Shown here one piece after another: positions 1-13,503 of a DNA stretch of 64,000 bases. The notes under the pieces are model-generated. The model had not been told where the DNA came from, ran no database searches, and saw only the letters and a list, made by a program, of their open reading frames with translations. Source of the DNA: an uncultured Pelagibacteraceae bacterium. Its GTDB lineage: Bacteria; Pseudomonadota; Alphaproteobacteria; Pelagibacterales; Pelagibacteraceae. Numbering within the stretch: position 1 is the stretch's first letter; each line of letters begins with the position of its first letter. The position numbers and the translations under genes were made by a program. The DNA lies in NCBI GenBank assembly GCA_902593845.1, contig CACJJV010000002.1, positions 15,028 through 79,027 on the forward strand. Reading direction: 5' to 3'.

Positions 1-224
1 AGTTCCACTAAATTAATTTTCTTTGGTGTTCCTAAATTTTCCCAAAAACCTAAAATCCATACAGCTATCATTTCAGAAAACATTCTAGAAATATTTGGTG
101 CAGTTATAAAATCACCCTTTAACCCGAAAGGGTTTTTTTGCATATAGTATCCTTTTTTTTTATCATATAGAGCAAAATCAATAAATTTATCTAAAGAGAT
201 TTCAAAATTATTTTTGATGGTCAT
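1..224 (-). CDS. SAM-dependent methyltransferase, MidA/NDUFAF7 family (5' part; runs off the window)
   Basis: Manual translation from ATG at 224: MTIKNNFEISLDKFIDFALYDKKKGYYMQKNPFGLKGDFITAPNISRMFSEMIAVW. GYY...GDFITAP.IS is the family motif. It overlaps the lgt 3' end, its usual alphaproteobacterial position. Confidence 0.85.
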   Translation of the reverse strand, partial: MTIKNNFEISLDKFIDFALYDKKKGYYMQKNPFGLKGDFITAPNISRMFSEMIAVWILGFWENLGTPKKINLVE

Positions 225-984
225 ATTTTTTTAAAGTCAGATAAGAACCAAATATAAAAAAAACTAAACATAAAATTTGCCCCATACTCAATTTAAATAG
301 AACGTAACCTAATTGTTCATCTGGCATTCTTAAAAATTCTATAAAAAATCTGAAAACAGAGTAAAATATTAAAAATATTCCAGATAAGAAACCAGGATTT
401 TTAGCTGAGGACGCTTTTCGAAAATATATCAATATAAAAAATAATAACAGTCCCTCAAAAAAAGCCTCATAAAGTTGAGATGGATGACGATATATTTCGT
501 CAATTTTTTCAAATTTAATTCCCCATGGTAAAGTTGTTTCTTTGCCATAAAGCTCTGAATTTATAAAATTTGCAATACGTCCAAAAAAAATTCCTATTGG
601 AGCGACTAACGAAACAATATCAAGATAAATATAAGAATTATGATTATGTTTTTTTGCAAACCATATGCTCATTACAATTACACCTAATAGTCCACCGTGA
701 AATGACATTCCTCCATTCCAAATTTTAAATATTTCAAAAATGTTCTCTAAATAGTAATCTAAATTGTAAAATATTACGTAACCTAATCTTCCACCAATTA
801 TAATACCTAAAATTATATAAGTAATATAGTCGTCAAATTTCTCTTTTAAATTATCATCTTTTATAAAAATTCTTTTTGCCAAAACCCATCCAGCGAGAAT
901 TCCAAATATATATGATAAAGAATACCATCTAAATTCTAATGAAAATAAACTAAATGCAACTGGGTCAAAATTATTAATGAACAT
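208..984 (-). CDS. lgt: Prolipoprotein diacylglyceryl transferase
   Basis: RWY, GGRLGYV, GGMSFHGG, GRIANFINSEL, HPSQLYE motifs. Confidence 0.97.
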   Translation of the reverse strand: MFINNFDPVAFSLFSLEFRWYSLSYIFGILAGWVLAKRIFIKDDNLKEKFDDYITYIILGIIIGGRLGYVIFYNLDYYLENIFEIFKIWNGGMSFHGGLLGVIVMSIWFAKKHNHNSYIYLDIVSLVAPIGIFFGRIANFINSELYGKETTLPWGIKFEKIDEIYRHPSQLYEAFFEGLLLFFILIYFRKASSAKNPGFLSGIFLIFYSVFRFFIEFLRMPDEQLGYVLFKLSMGQILCLVFFIFGSYLTLKKYDHQK

Positions 985-1034
985 TTTTAATTATAATAAT
1001 AGATTAAAGATATAATAACTTATTTAATAAATAT

Positions 1035-1283
1035 ATGAAAAATTCAAAATTTGTTTTTGATAAATTTACTAAACTTCTAGAACAAGGTTTAGTCTCATCT
1101 AGAGACTTAAAAAATGAAATAGTAAACATTTTAAAATCAAAAAGAGATGAAATCGTATTCAAAATGAAATTAACGAGTAAGGATGAATTTGATATCCTTA
1201 CTAAAAGAGTAGAAAATTTAGAGAAAGAACTTGAAAAAAAAAAGGTTTTAAAAAAAAAGATTAAACGGGTAAAAAAATCTTAA
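1035..1283 (+). CDS. Small coiled-coil protein, UbiK/BMFP (membrane fusogenic) family-like
   Basis: 82 aa with L.SKDEFD.L..RVE.LE pattern; divergent from lgt as in other alphaproteobacteria. Confidence 0.65.
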   Translation: MKNSKFVFDKFTKLLEQGLVSSRDLKNEIVNILKSKRDEIVFKMKLTSKDEFDILTKRVENLEKELEKKKVLKKKIKRVKKS

Positions 1284-2580
1284 CCTCAAGTCCATTCAAA
1301 TTGGATTTATTCAACTTTATATTACCACCGTGAGAACGTACAATGTCAGATGCAATTGACAGACCAAGTCCTACGCTTGATTTGGCGTCTGCTCTTCCTT
1401 TGTCTATTTTGTAGAAAGGTTTAAATACATTATCATATTCACTTTCTGCTATTCCTGGTCCATCATCTTCAACTTTTATTATTATGTTTGTTTTCTTTTT
1501 TTGAAGTTCAATATTTATTTTATTCCCATATTTAATTGAATTTTCTAACAGATTATTAAGACATCTTTTAATTAGATTTTTTCGACCATTTAAATAAACC
1601 TCTGGTAATATTTCTTTTGTAATGTTTTCATTATTATACTTACCTATAATCTCACCTATTAAATCGCTTAGATTGAACAGCTCATCCTTTTCCATAAATG
1701 AGGAACTTGTAAATTGTAAATATTCATTAAGCATTTTTTCCATTTCATTTATATCTTCGGTTAACTTCTTAGCTAGGGATTTATCTTTTATAAACTCGGT
1801 TTGTAATTTCATTCTTGTTAAGGGTGTCCTTAAATCATGACTAATCCCAGATAGCATTTCAGATCTTTGATTTAGATGTCTCATAATTCTTTTTCTCATT
1901 CTATCGAATTCATAACCTGCTTGACGTATCTCAGCTGCACCAGAGGGCTTAAATTCATCTACATTTTCCCCTCTTCCAAATTTTTCGGCAGCTTTAGCTA
2001 AAGCTGTGATTGGTCTTGTTTGATTTTTTAAAAATATAAGCGAAATAATTACGACTACGAACGCAGGTACAGTTATCCATAATCCAAACAGTCTTGCAGA
2101 AGTGCTTGTCAGTCTATCCTTAGGGACTATAAATTTAAAGAAACCATTTTGATATTTAATTCTTAAATCAACTAACTCTTTATAACTTGTAGTATCAAAC
2201 CAAAATATTTCTAATCCAAATTTAGATTTTAATTCTCTTCTCAGTGTTCTGTCTATTGGACTAAACCATCTTTCATTGTAAGAGAAATTAAAATTTTCAT
2301 CCTCCACAAATTCGATATTCAAGTCTTGATATAATGAAAAAATGTTTTTTATTTCATCTTTTTCATAACTATCATTACTATAAACCTCGATGAAAGTTTG
2401 TATTTCACTAACCAATGCTCTTGTCATTCCTTTGTTAGTTTTTATCCAAAGGCTGTCAAAAAAAACTATCGTAATTATTAATTGAATTAAAATTACCGGG
2501 ATAGCAACTATTAGCAAAGCTCTGTAAAATAATCTTTTTGGTAATAAATTTTTTACAAATTTATTCAATCCATAAAACAT
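1261..2580 (-). CDS. Sensor histidine kinase, EnvZ-like
   Basis: Two TM segments, HAMP, H-box SHDLRTPLTR, N-box, DDGPGI, GLGLSI. Confidence 0.93.
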   Translation of the reverse strand: MFYGLNKFVKNLLPKRLFYRALLIVAIPVILIQLIITIVFFDSLWIKTNKGMTRALVSEIQTFIEVYSNDSYEKDEIKNIFSLYQDLNIEFVEDENFNFSYNERWFSPIDRTLRRELKSKFGLEIFWFDTTSYKELVDLRIKYQNGFFKFIVPKDRLTSTSARLFGLWITVPAFVVVIISLIFLKNQTRPITALAKAAEKFGRGENVDEFKPSGAAEIRQAGYEFDRMRKRIMRHLNQRSEMLSGISHDLRTPLTRMKLQTEFIKDKSLAKKLTEDINEMEKMLNEYLQFTSSSFMEKDELFNLSDLIGEIIGKYNNENITKEILPEVYLNGRKNLIKRCLNNLLENSIKYGNKINIELQKKKTNIIIKVEDDGPGIAESEYDNVFKPFYKIDKGRADAKSSVGLGLSIASDIVRSHGGNIKLNKSNLNGLEVKIFLPV

Positions 2581-3238
2581 AGCCAGCTCCTCTTATAGTC
2601 TGAAGAAATTTTGGATTTTTTGGATCTATTTCAATTTTTTTCCTCAATCTAGTTATGATAACATCAATTGATCTCTCTTTATCTAAGTCAATTAATCTAC
2701 CAATTTCTTCTCGTTCAAAAACTTTTCCTGGGTTATTAATCATTTTCTCCAATATTGTTTTCTCAGTGTTATTTATTTTAAATTCTGAATTACCATGAAA
2801 AATTATCTGCTTACTTAGATCTATTTTTACATTTTCAAATTCTATTATTTTCTTGGAATTATTTTTTTTTGTTTTGTTAATTATATTTTTAATTCTAAGA
2901 TCAAGTTCCTTGGGCTCGAAAGGTTTAGGTAAATAATCATCTGCTCCCAATTCTAATCCCTCTATTCTTTCATTCGGCTCACCTTTAGCAGTTAATAATA
3001 TTATTGGAGTATTAATATATTCTTTATGTTCTTTTAAAAAATCAAGCCCACTTTTTCCAGGCATCATGATGTCTAAAATTATTAAGTCAAACTTAATAAC
3101 CTTTATTTTTTCAGATGCATTTTCTGCGCTATCAGCTGTGGTGACTAAATATTTTTTTTCATTTAAATATTTTTTAACCAATGATCTTATCCCTTCATCA
3201 TCATCAACAACTAAAATATGAGCCAGAAAACTATCCAT
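2561..3238 (-). CDS. OmpR-family response regulator (PetR-like)
   Basis: VVDDD, LDIMMPG, KPF receiver motifs; winged helix ending TIRGAGY. Confidence 0.93.
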   Translation of the reverse strand: MDSFLAHILVVDDDEGIRSLVKKYLNEKKYLVTTADSAENASEKIKVIKFDLIILDIMMPGKSGLDFLKEHKEYINTPIILLTAKGEPNERIEGLELGADDYLPKPFEPKELDLRIKNIINKTKKNNSKKIIEFENVKIDLSKQIIFHGNSEFKINNTEKTILEKMINNPGKVFEREEIGRLIDLDKERSIDVIITRLRKKIEIDPKNPKFLQTIRGAGYVLWIE

Positions 3239-3671
3239 TAATTATTCTTTTTAAAACTTCATCAAAATTAAGAACTTCTTGAGAGCTCGAATTAAGCAAT
3301 GCATTATAAATTCTTTTTTTTTGTATTTCAAAAATCTCTTTAAAAATTTTTTTTCCTTTTTCATTTAGAAAGATGTGTTTAATTCTTGTGTCAGTCTCGT
3401 CTTTATTAAAAAAAACCATTTCAAGCTTGATCAAATCTTTTAAAACTCTATTTAAGCTTTGTTTAGATACTTTAAGTTTCCTCATAAGCTCTGAGATTGA
3501 TATTCCCTCATACATAGATATTAAATGAATAGTTTTTTGATGAGCTAAGCCAATATGATATTTATTGAGAATTTTTTTTGAGTCTGAAAAAGTTTCTCTA
3601 TAACTTATAAATAATTTTTCAATTAAATGTTTTAATTGTTCATCTTTTAAATATAAAAGCTCTTTCATCAC
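3231..3671 (-). CDS. MarR-family transcriptional regulator (PetP-like)
   Basis: SKQSLNRVLKDL helix-turn-helix and D.R wing; MarR-OmpR pair divergent from ilvE. The start may be ATG at 3668. Confidence 0.88.
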   Translation of the reverse strand: MMKELLYLKDEQLKHLIEKLFISYRETFSDSKKILNKYHIGLAHQKTIHLISMYEGISISELMRKLKVSKQSLNRVLKDLIKLEMVFFNKDETDTRIKHIFLNEKGKKIFKEIFEIQKKRIYNALLNSSSQEVLNFDEVLKRIING

Positions 3672-3683
3672 AGGTAAGTTATA

Positions 3684-3712
3684 TTGACATATTATATATA
3701 CACAGATATTTT
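3684..3712 (+). promoter_or_regulatory. Putative sigma70 promoter of ilvE
   Basis: TTGACA (3684-3689), 17-nt spacer, TATTTT (3707-3712). Confidence 0.55.
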
Positions 3713-3737
3713 TCAGTAATAATTTTATATTTCATAC

Positions 3738-4619
3738 ATGATACCTTACGATAAAAGATCTGGTAAAATATGGTACAACGGCGAATTAGTTGATTGGTCA
3801 AATGTTAAAGTACATGTTTTAAGCCATGGATTACATTACGCTAGTTGTGTTTTTGAGGGAGAGAGAGTTTATGATGGTTCAATCTTCAAATTAGAGGAAC
3901 ATACTTCAAGATTTTTTCATTCAGCAAGACGAATGGGTTTTGAAATTCCCTATACTGAAACGGAAATAAACGCTGCTTCGAATACTATAATCAAAAACCA
4001 AAAAGTTGAAAATGGTTACGTAAGACCAGTTGCCTGGAGGGGGAGTGAAATGATGGCGATCTCAGCTCAACAAACAAAAATTCATGTTGCAATAGCAACA
4101 TGGGAATGGGGGTCCTATTTTGATCCAAAATTAAAAGTTGAAGGGATTAGATTAAATATTTCTAATTGGAGAAGACCGGCTCCTAATACAATACCATGGG
4201 ACACAAAAGCTTCAGGTCTTTACATGATATGCACCCTTTCAAAACATGAAGCTGAAAAAAATGGTTATACAGATTCTTTAATGCTAGATCATGAAGGTAA
4301 TATTGCTGAAGCCACTGGTGCAAATATTTTTTTTAAAGATACGAATGGTGAGCTACACACGCCGTTACCAGACTCTTTCCTAGATGGAATTACTAGAAGA
4401 ACAGTAATTGAAATTGCAAAATCAAAAAATATTAAAGTTCATGAAAGAAAAATAAACCCCTCAGAGTTGAAGAATTTTGTTGGATGTTTTTTAACCGGAA
4501 CTGCAGCAGAGGTAACCCCGGTATCTTGTATCGCTGAAAATGAATTTAAAGTTTGTGATTTAATTATTGGTCTTAACGAAAGTTATCAGAAACTTGTTAG
4601 AAAGAAAAAGGCAGCTTAA
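3738..4619 (+). CDS. ilvE: Branched-chain amino acid aminotransferase
   Basis: HGLHYASCVFEG, EATGANIF, LDGITR, GTAAEVTP (class IV PLP enzyme). Confidence 0.95.
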   Translation: MIPYDKRSGKIWYNGELVDWSNVKVHVLSHGLHYASCVFEGERVYDGSIFKLEEHTSRFFHSARRMGFEIPYTETEINAASNTIIKNQKVENGYVRPVAWRGSEMMAISAQQTKIHVAIATWEWGSYFDPKLKVEGIRLNISNWRRPAPNTIPWDTKASGLYMICTLSKHEAEKNGYTDSLMLDHEGNIAEATGANIFFKDTNGELHTPLPDSFLDGITRRTVIEIAKSKNIKVHERKINPSELKNFVGCFLTGTAAEVTPVSCIAENEFKVCDLIIGLNESYQKLVRKKKAA

Positions 4620-5200
4620 TCTTTATTATCTTCTGAGATAGCGTGATCAATACCTTTTCGTATATATTCATATCCCGTAAAAAGAGTTAAAGCAGCCGAA
4701 AGCCATAAAAGAATTATTCCAATAGTTTGAGCATTATAATCTTGAAAATTAATAATTTTGTTTCCAGTTTCACCAGAAAGTAAAAGTGCGATAGCAACCA
4801 TTTGCAATACAGTCTTTAATTTTGCCAGATTTGAAACTGGTAGTTTAATTTTTCCCTTAGCCAAAAATTCCCTTAATCCAGATATCAAAATTTCTCGAGT
4901 TAAGATAATGATTGCTGCTATTACCTCGTAATTTCTTATAGTTCCGTCCATTACCAAAAGTATTAAAGCAGTTGCAACGATAATTTTATCTGCAATAGGA
5001 TCAAGCAATTCTCCAAGTTTAGACTCTTCCCCAAGAAATCTTGCTAGCATTCCATCTAAAAAATCTGTGAAAGATGCAACTATAAATAAAATTAACGCTG
5101 TCAAATCTCCGTAAAAACCTGGCAAGTAAAATGCTAACACAAAAAAAGGAACAATTAAAATTCTTCCTATAGTTAAAATATTTGGTATTTTTTTAAGCAT
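4616..5200 (-). CDS. pgsA: CDP-diacylglycerol--glycerol-3-phosphate 3-phosphatidyltransferase
   Basis: PNILT..R and D.LDG..AR...G..LDP.ADK motif; directly follows uvrC. Confidence 0.96.
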   Translation of the reverse strand: MLKKIPNILTIGRILIVPFFVLAFYLPGFYGDLTALILFIVASFTDFLDGMLARFLGEESKLGELLDPIADKIIVATALILLVMDGTIRNYEVIAAIIILTREILISGLREFLAKGKIKLPVSNLAKLKTVLQMVAIALLLSGETGNKIINFQDYNAQTIGIILLWLSAALTLFTGYEYIRKGIDHAISEDNKD

Positions 5201-5208
5201 AATTTTTT

Positions 5209-7044
5209 TTATTCATGAAAAAAGTTATATATTTTTTTTGCAACTTTTTCTTCAACCCCTTCCACAGATTTAATTTCATCTAGACTTGCAGACTCAACTG
5301 CTCTAGCTGATCCAAAATGGTTTAATAAAGCTCTTTTTCTTATGGAACCTATTCCATCAATTTGGTCTAACAGCGATTTACTAATACCCTTCTTCCTTTT
5401 TGCTCTATGAGCACTAATTGCAAAACGATGAGACTCATCTCTTATTCTCTGAAGGAAGAATAAAGTAGGATCATTTTTAATGAATTTAAATTCCTTTCCA
5501 TTATGAAAGAAAGTCTCATTTCCACTATTTCTATATTTACCTTTAGCAATTGCAATTATCGGAATATCATGAAGCCCAAGTTCATTTAGAGTTTCTCTAG
5601 CTACTGAATATTGTCCTTTTCCTCCATCTACCATTACTAGATCAGGAAAAGTTAAATAGTTATCTTTTTCTTGTATTGCTCTTTTAAATCTTCTAGTCAA
5701 AACTTCTTTCATCATTCCATAATCATCTTGTTCATTCTTTTTTAGTTTGATGTTAAATTTTCTATATCTTTTTTTAATAAATCCATCATCACCATAAGCT
5801 ATCAATGCACCTACACTGTTTGTTCCCTGTATATGACTGTTATCATAAACCTCAATCAGATTAATATTGGTCTCTAGATTAAATTTACTTGCCACAGCTT
5901 CAAATAATTCCTTATTATTTTGACTTTCATAAAGCTTTCTATTTAAACTCTCTTTAGCGTTTTTTATTGCTTGATTAATTACTTTTAATTTTGACCCTTT
6001 TTTAGCTATTGATATAGTAACTTGTTTTTTTTCTTTAAGAGAGAGTGTTTTTTCGATTAAAACTTTTTCTTTTATCTCTTCAGATAATATTATTGAAGAG
6101 GGTACACTTTTATTTTCATAAAATTGCGTGACAAAAGAATTAATTATATTACTTAAATTCTCATCGGGATCGTGTTTTGGAAAAAAAGATTGATTACCCC
6201 AGTTTTGTTTTGACCTATAAAAAAAAACCTGAATACAAGCTTTGCCTGACTCCTTATAACCTGCGATTACATCAGCCTCTATTAGATTAGCCTCATTAAT
6301 TCTTTGTGATGATTGAATAATATTCAATGACTTTATTCGATCTCTTAAAATTACCGCTTTTTCAAAATCTAAATTTTCACTAGCTTTTTCCATCTGCTCC
6401 GAGAGGCTTTTTTGTATTTTCCTTGATTTACCGGAAACAAACTCAATAGCATCATCAACAGTCTTTTTATATTCCTCACTTTCTATGTAACCAACGCATG
6501 GGCCAGAGCATCTTTTAATTTGATATAAAATACATGGTCGTTCTCTGTTTTTGAACACAGTATCATCACAAACTCTAAGATGAAATATTTTTTGTATCAT
6601 TTTAATTGTCCAGTTAGCTGATCCAGCAGATGCAAAAGGTCCAAAATAAAAACCTTCAGTAGTTTTTTTTCCTCTGTGTCTTTTTATTTGTGGCCATTTA
6701 TCTTTGTTGCCAATGAATATAAAAGGAAAAGATTTATCATCCCTTAGTAAAATATTAAATTTTGGTTTATATTTTTTGATTAAATTTGCTTCCAGAAGTA
6801 AAGCTTCACTTTCATTAGATGTAGTTGTGATCTCCAATTTTCTAGTTTGTGACAACATTCTTTCGGTTCTAATAATATGGTTTTTTTCAGATACATAACT
6901 TTTGAGTCTATTGGGTAAATTTTTGGCTTTACCAACATAAAGAATTTCCTCTTTTTCATTTAACATCCTATAAACACCAGGAAGTTTTGGGATTAAAGGC
7001 AGCTCTTTTTTTATTATTTCTTTACCAATATCAGAACTTATCAT
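5209..7044 (-). CDS. uvrC: Excinuclease ABC subunit C
   Basis: GIY-YIG domain (PGVY...YVGKAKNL), DNSH, DGGKGQ, HhH. Start set at ATG 7044 (MISSDIG); the ORF track extends to 7074. Confidence 0.97.
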   Translation of the reverse strand: MISSDIGKEIIKKELPLIPKLPGVYRMLNEKEEILYVGKAKNLPNRLKSYVSEKNHIIRTERMLSQTRKLEITTTSNESEALLLEANLIKKYKPKFNILLRDDKSFPFIFIGNKDKWPQIKRHRGKKTTEGFYFGPFASAGSANWTIKMIQKIFHLRVCDDTVFKNRERPCILYQIKRCSGPCVGYIESEEYKKTVDDAIEFVSGKSRKIQKSLSEQMEKASENLDFEKAVILRDRIKSLNIIQSSQRINEANLIEADVIAGYKESGKACIQVFFYRSKQNWGNQSFFPKHDPDENLSNIINSFVTQFYENKSVPSSIILSEEIKEKVLIEKTLSLKEKKQVTISIAKKGSKLKVINQAIKNAKESLNRKLYESQNNKELFEAVASKFNLETNINLIEVYDNSHIQGTNSVGALIAYGDDGFIKKRYRKFNIKLKKNEQDDYGMMKEVLTRRFKRAIQEKDNYLTFPDLVMVDGGKGQYSVARETLNELGLHDIPIIAIAKGKYRNSGNETFFHNGKEFKFIKNDPTLFFLQRIRDESHRFAISAHRAKRKKGISKSLLDQIDGIGSIRKRALLNHFGSARAVESASLDEIKSVEGVEEKVAKKIYNFFHE

Positions 7045-7456
7045 GACTTCTCTTTTTGGTAATTTGAATACCAACAGATGAGCATTCTTTTAAAATCTCT
7101 AATTTTTCAATTTTGAGCATTATCTTAGCAATTCTTTTATCTTTAAATAATTCGTCAAAGACAGCCTCTGCAAGAGTTTCTAAAAAGTTATAATGTTTTT
7201 TCTTAACCAGTTTTCTTATCAGTTTAACAATAGTTCCATAATTAACTATTGATTTTAAATCTTTATCATTTGACGGTTTTTTATCTTGATAATCTATTTC
7301 AAGGCTAAATTTAACTTTTTGAGCATTTTCTCTTTCAAAATCATAATATCCAAGTTTTAAATCTAGTATTAACTCGTTTATAAGGATCTTTTTTTCGTAA
7401 TTGAAAAGGGATTTTCCTTTATCAATTTTAACAATTTTAAAATCATTTTTTTTCAT
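7031..7456 (-). CDS. folB: Dihydroneopterin aldolase
   Basis: G.Y..ER...Q, VNY, LETLAE, I.K motifs. Confidence 0.88.
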   Translation of the reverse strand: MKKNDFKIVKIDKGKSLFNYEKKILINELILDLKLGYYDFERENAQKVKFSLEIDYQDKKPSNDKDLKSIVNYGTIVKLIRKLVKKKHYNFLETLAEAVFDELFKDKRIAKIMLKIEKLEILKECSSVGIQITKKRSHDKF

Positions 7457-8186
7457 TCCTTACCTAGAACATCTGGTGTTTGCCAGTTTAAACTTTGGCC
7501 ACTATCAATTGCCAGCACTTGACCAGTAATAGATCTGCTTTTTATAAAAAAGTCAACAGCATTACAAATCTCATTAACATCAACCTGTCTTTTTAAAGGA
7601 GTAGCAAGATATTGTTTTTTAAAATGTTTTTCAGTCTGCCTTTGATTTTTGATAGTAGGTCCTGGAGCAATACCATTTACCCTTATTTTAGGAGAAAGGC
7701 TCATAGCACTCGTTTTTGTCAAAGTATAAAGACCGGATTTACTAATAGTGTAAGAAAAGAAATATGGAGTTAGTTTAAAAATTCTTTGATCAATAATGTT
7801 AATAATATTGTTATTATTTTCTCTAATATTTTTAGAAAATTCTTTAGTTAAAAGTGCAGGTGCTTTTAAATTGGTTGATATATGTTTCTCCCAACTTTTA
7901 TTATTAAAATTTGCTAATTTATCATTCTCAAATAACGAAGCATTATTAACAAGACAATCAAAATACTTTAATTTAGATTTTGCTAATTTGATAATTTTGA
8001 TAATATCTTTTTCTTTACTTAAATCACCCTTGACTAAATAAACTTTAGTTCCATTGCCCTCTAATTTTTTTTTGAGAATTAGTGCTTTAGATTTTGATTT
8101 ATTAAAATGAAGAACTAACTCTTTATTTGGACCTGAAAGTTTTTTTGCAATTGCAGCACCTATTCTTGTTGCTCCACCTGTGATGA

Positions 8187-8205
<19 letters not shown>
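7453..8205 (-). CDS. SDR oxidoreductase, pteridine reductase/FolM-like
   Basis: TGGATRIG (Arg in the Gly-rich loop, typical of PTR1/FolM), NNAS, YxxSK; adjacent to folB. Confidence 0.8.
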
Positions 8206-11588
<3,383 letters not shown>

Positions 11589-12536
11589 TTATTTTTGATT
11601 TAAAATTTTTTTTGCTGGGATTGTTTTTTTAATCCAATTATTTGGAATAGAATTTATACCTTTTAAAGCTGCAAAATATGCTCCAGTAAAATTTGCTCTC
11701 GAACAATTGCACCCACCTGCCTTTATTGTTTTTAAAATAGCATCTTTATAATTTTTTGAATTAATAATTGTATATATTGAGCTGTTAAAAGTTCCTGGAT
11801 AGCTACATGCCATACCTAGTTTCTTTATCGTAGTTGGATTAAACTTTGTTCCAAATTTTTTTATTTTTTTAATGTCATTAACAATTCCTTTAAAAGAATG
11901 ATTTCTATTGAATTTTTCAATGAATTCTTTGATTGGGTCTTCAGCTCCCTTTAACGCAAAATCTATCAAATAAAATTTTGCCATAGCATATTTAAAACTT
12001 ATTTTTGAAACTGTTACAATTTTGAAAATTTTTTCTAAACTTTTAAAATCAAAGCCATAGAGAAAATATGGAAGAGTAGCACAAAAACCATCTGACTCAT
12101 TGACTTTTACACCACCAGAGATCTTCTTTTTTAACTTGATATTTTTTACCGTCTCAATAATATTTTGATGTATCCACGGTCCCTTGACTATACCACGCCA
12201 GTCTTTGACTTTTTTATATTTAGATCTCAGTTTTAAATTTTTCCAATATTTACTACCAGGGCCAAAGTTTTTAAGGATTTTTTTTTTGAAACGTTTCTCT
12301 ATATTTTTGTGTCCATCGAGTAGTGTATGAAACATCACTTGGCCAATTTCATTGTAACCAGAGACTTTTCCGGTTTTGATATTATAGAAGGGACTTCTAT
12401 TTTTTTTTAGAAAAGAAAAGTCTTTTTTTCCTTTAATATAAACGCCTAATTTTTTTTGATTATATACCCAATGTAATGGTCTGGCTGCTGCATCTGCCAC
12501 TGTAGCGCCCAAGAAAACATGAAGATTATTTTTCAC
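11589..12536 (-). CDS. ADP-ribosylglycohydrolase-fold protein, selenoprotein J/J1-crystallin-like (Cys form)
   Basis: GATVADAAARPLHWVY, SPFY, FGPGS.Y, GPW.H, ACSYPG.F, GGCNCSR..F.GA...G...IP..W; GTG start. Confidence 0.8.
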   Translation of the reverse strand: MKNNLHVFLGATVADAAARPLHWVYNQKKLGVYIKGKKDFSFLKKNRSPFYNIKTGKVSGYNEIGQVMFHTLLDGHKNIEKRFKKKILKNFGPGSKYWKNLKLRSKYKKVKDWRGIVKGPWIHQNIIETVKNIKLKKKISGGVKVNESDGFCATLPYFLYGFDFKSLEKIFKIVTVSKISFKYAMAKFYLIDFALKGAEDPIKEFIEKFNRNHSFKGIVNDIKKIKKFGTKFNPTTIKKLGMACSYPGTFNSSIYTIINSKNYKDAILKTIKAGGCNCSRANFTGAYFAALKGINSIPNNWIKKTIPAKKILNQK

Positions 12537-12537
12537 T

Positions 12538-13482
12538 TTAATGAGATAAAAACTTTTCAGCCTCTAGTGCTGCCATACATCCCATACCAGCAGCAGTTAC
12601 GGCTTGCCTAAATGTTTTATCCTTTACGTCCCCAGCTGCATAAACACCTGGTACATTAGTCTCTGTTGAATCTGGTTTTGTTATCAAATAACCCTCATTA
12701 TCCATATTAAGTTGATCTTTAAATAATTGCGTTGCAGGGTCATGACCAATAGCAATGAAAACACCGTCTAATTTTATTTCATCAATTTTATTTGTTTTCA
12801 CATTCTTAACTTTAATTCCTTTAACATTTTTTGGATCTTTATCTCCAATTACATCCTCAACAACTGTATCCCAAATGATTTCAATTTTTTTATTTTCCAT
12901 AAGTTTTTTTTGAAGCATTTTTTCAGCTCTTAAACTATCTCTTCTGTGAATTAATTTTACTTTTGACGCAAATTTTGTAAGAAACATTGCTTCCTCAACA
13001 GCTGCATTACCTCCACCTACAACAGCAACTTCCTTGTCTTTAAAGAAAAAACCATCACATGTTGCACATGCCGATACACCAAATCCTCTGAACTCTTGTT
13101 CAGATTTAATATTTAACCATCTAGCTTGGGCACCTGTGGAAATTATTATGCTATCAGCAGTATATTTTTGACCAGCGTCACCTACAGCCTCAAAAGGTGT
13201 TGTTTTTAAGTTTACTGAACTTATATGATCTTCAATCATTTCTGTTCCAACTGCTTTTGCTTGTTCTTTCATTTGATCCATAAGCCATGGACCTTGAATA
13301 ACATCAGCAAATCCAGGAAAGTTTTCAACATCAGTTGTTGTAGTTAATTGGCCTCCAGGCTCCGCACCATAAACTAAAATTGGATTCAACATTGCTCTCG
13401 CCGCATAAACTGCAGCAGTGTATCCAGCAGGACCAGACCCAATTATTAACACTTTTGTGTGTTTAGTTGGATTTTGACTCAT
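12538..13482 (-). CDS. trxB: Thioredoxin-disulfide reductase
   Basis: GSGPAG, CATCDG, GGGNAA, AAGDV. Confidence 0.98.
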   Translation of the reverse strand: MSQNPTKHTKVLIIGSGPAGYTAAVYAARAMLNPILVYGAEPGGQLTTTTDVENFPGFADVIQGPWLMDQMKEQAKAVGTEMIEDHISSVNLKTTPFEAVGDAGQKYTADSIIISTGAQARWLNIKSEQEFRGFGVSACATCDGFFFKDKEVAVVGGGNAAVEEAMFLTKFASKVKLIHRRDSLRAEKMLQKKLMENKKIEIIWDTVVEDVIGDKDPKNVKGIKVKNVKTNKIDEIKLDGVFIAIGHDPATQLFKDQLNMDNEGYLITKPDSTETNVPGVYAAGDVKDKTFRQAVTAAGMGCMAALEAEKFLSH

Positions 13483-13503
13483 ATGAAAGCTATATAGTGA
13501 TAA

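Noticed and set aside
11589-12536. Selenocysteine recoding in the SelJ-like gene
   Set aside because: The ORF has no in-frame TGA; the candidate site is TGT (Cys).
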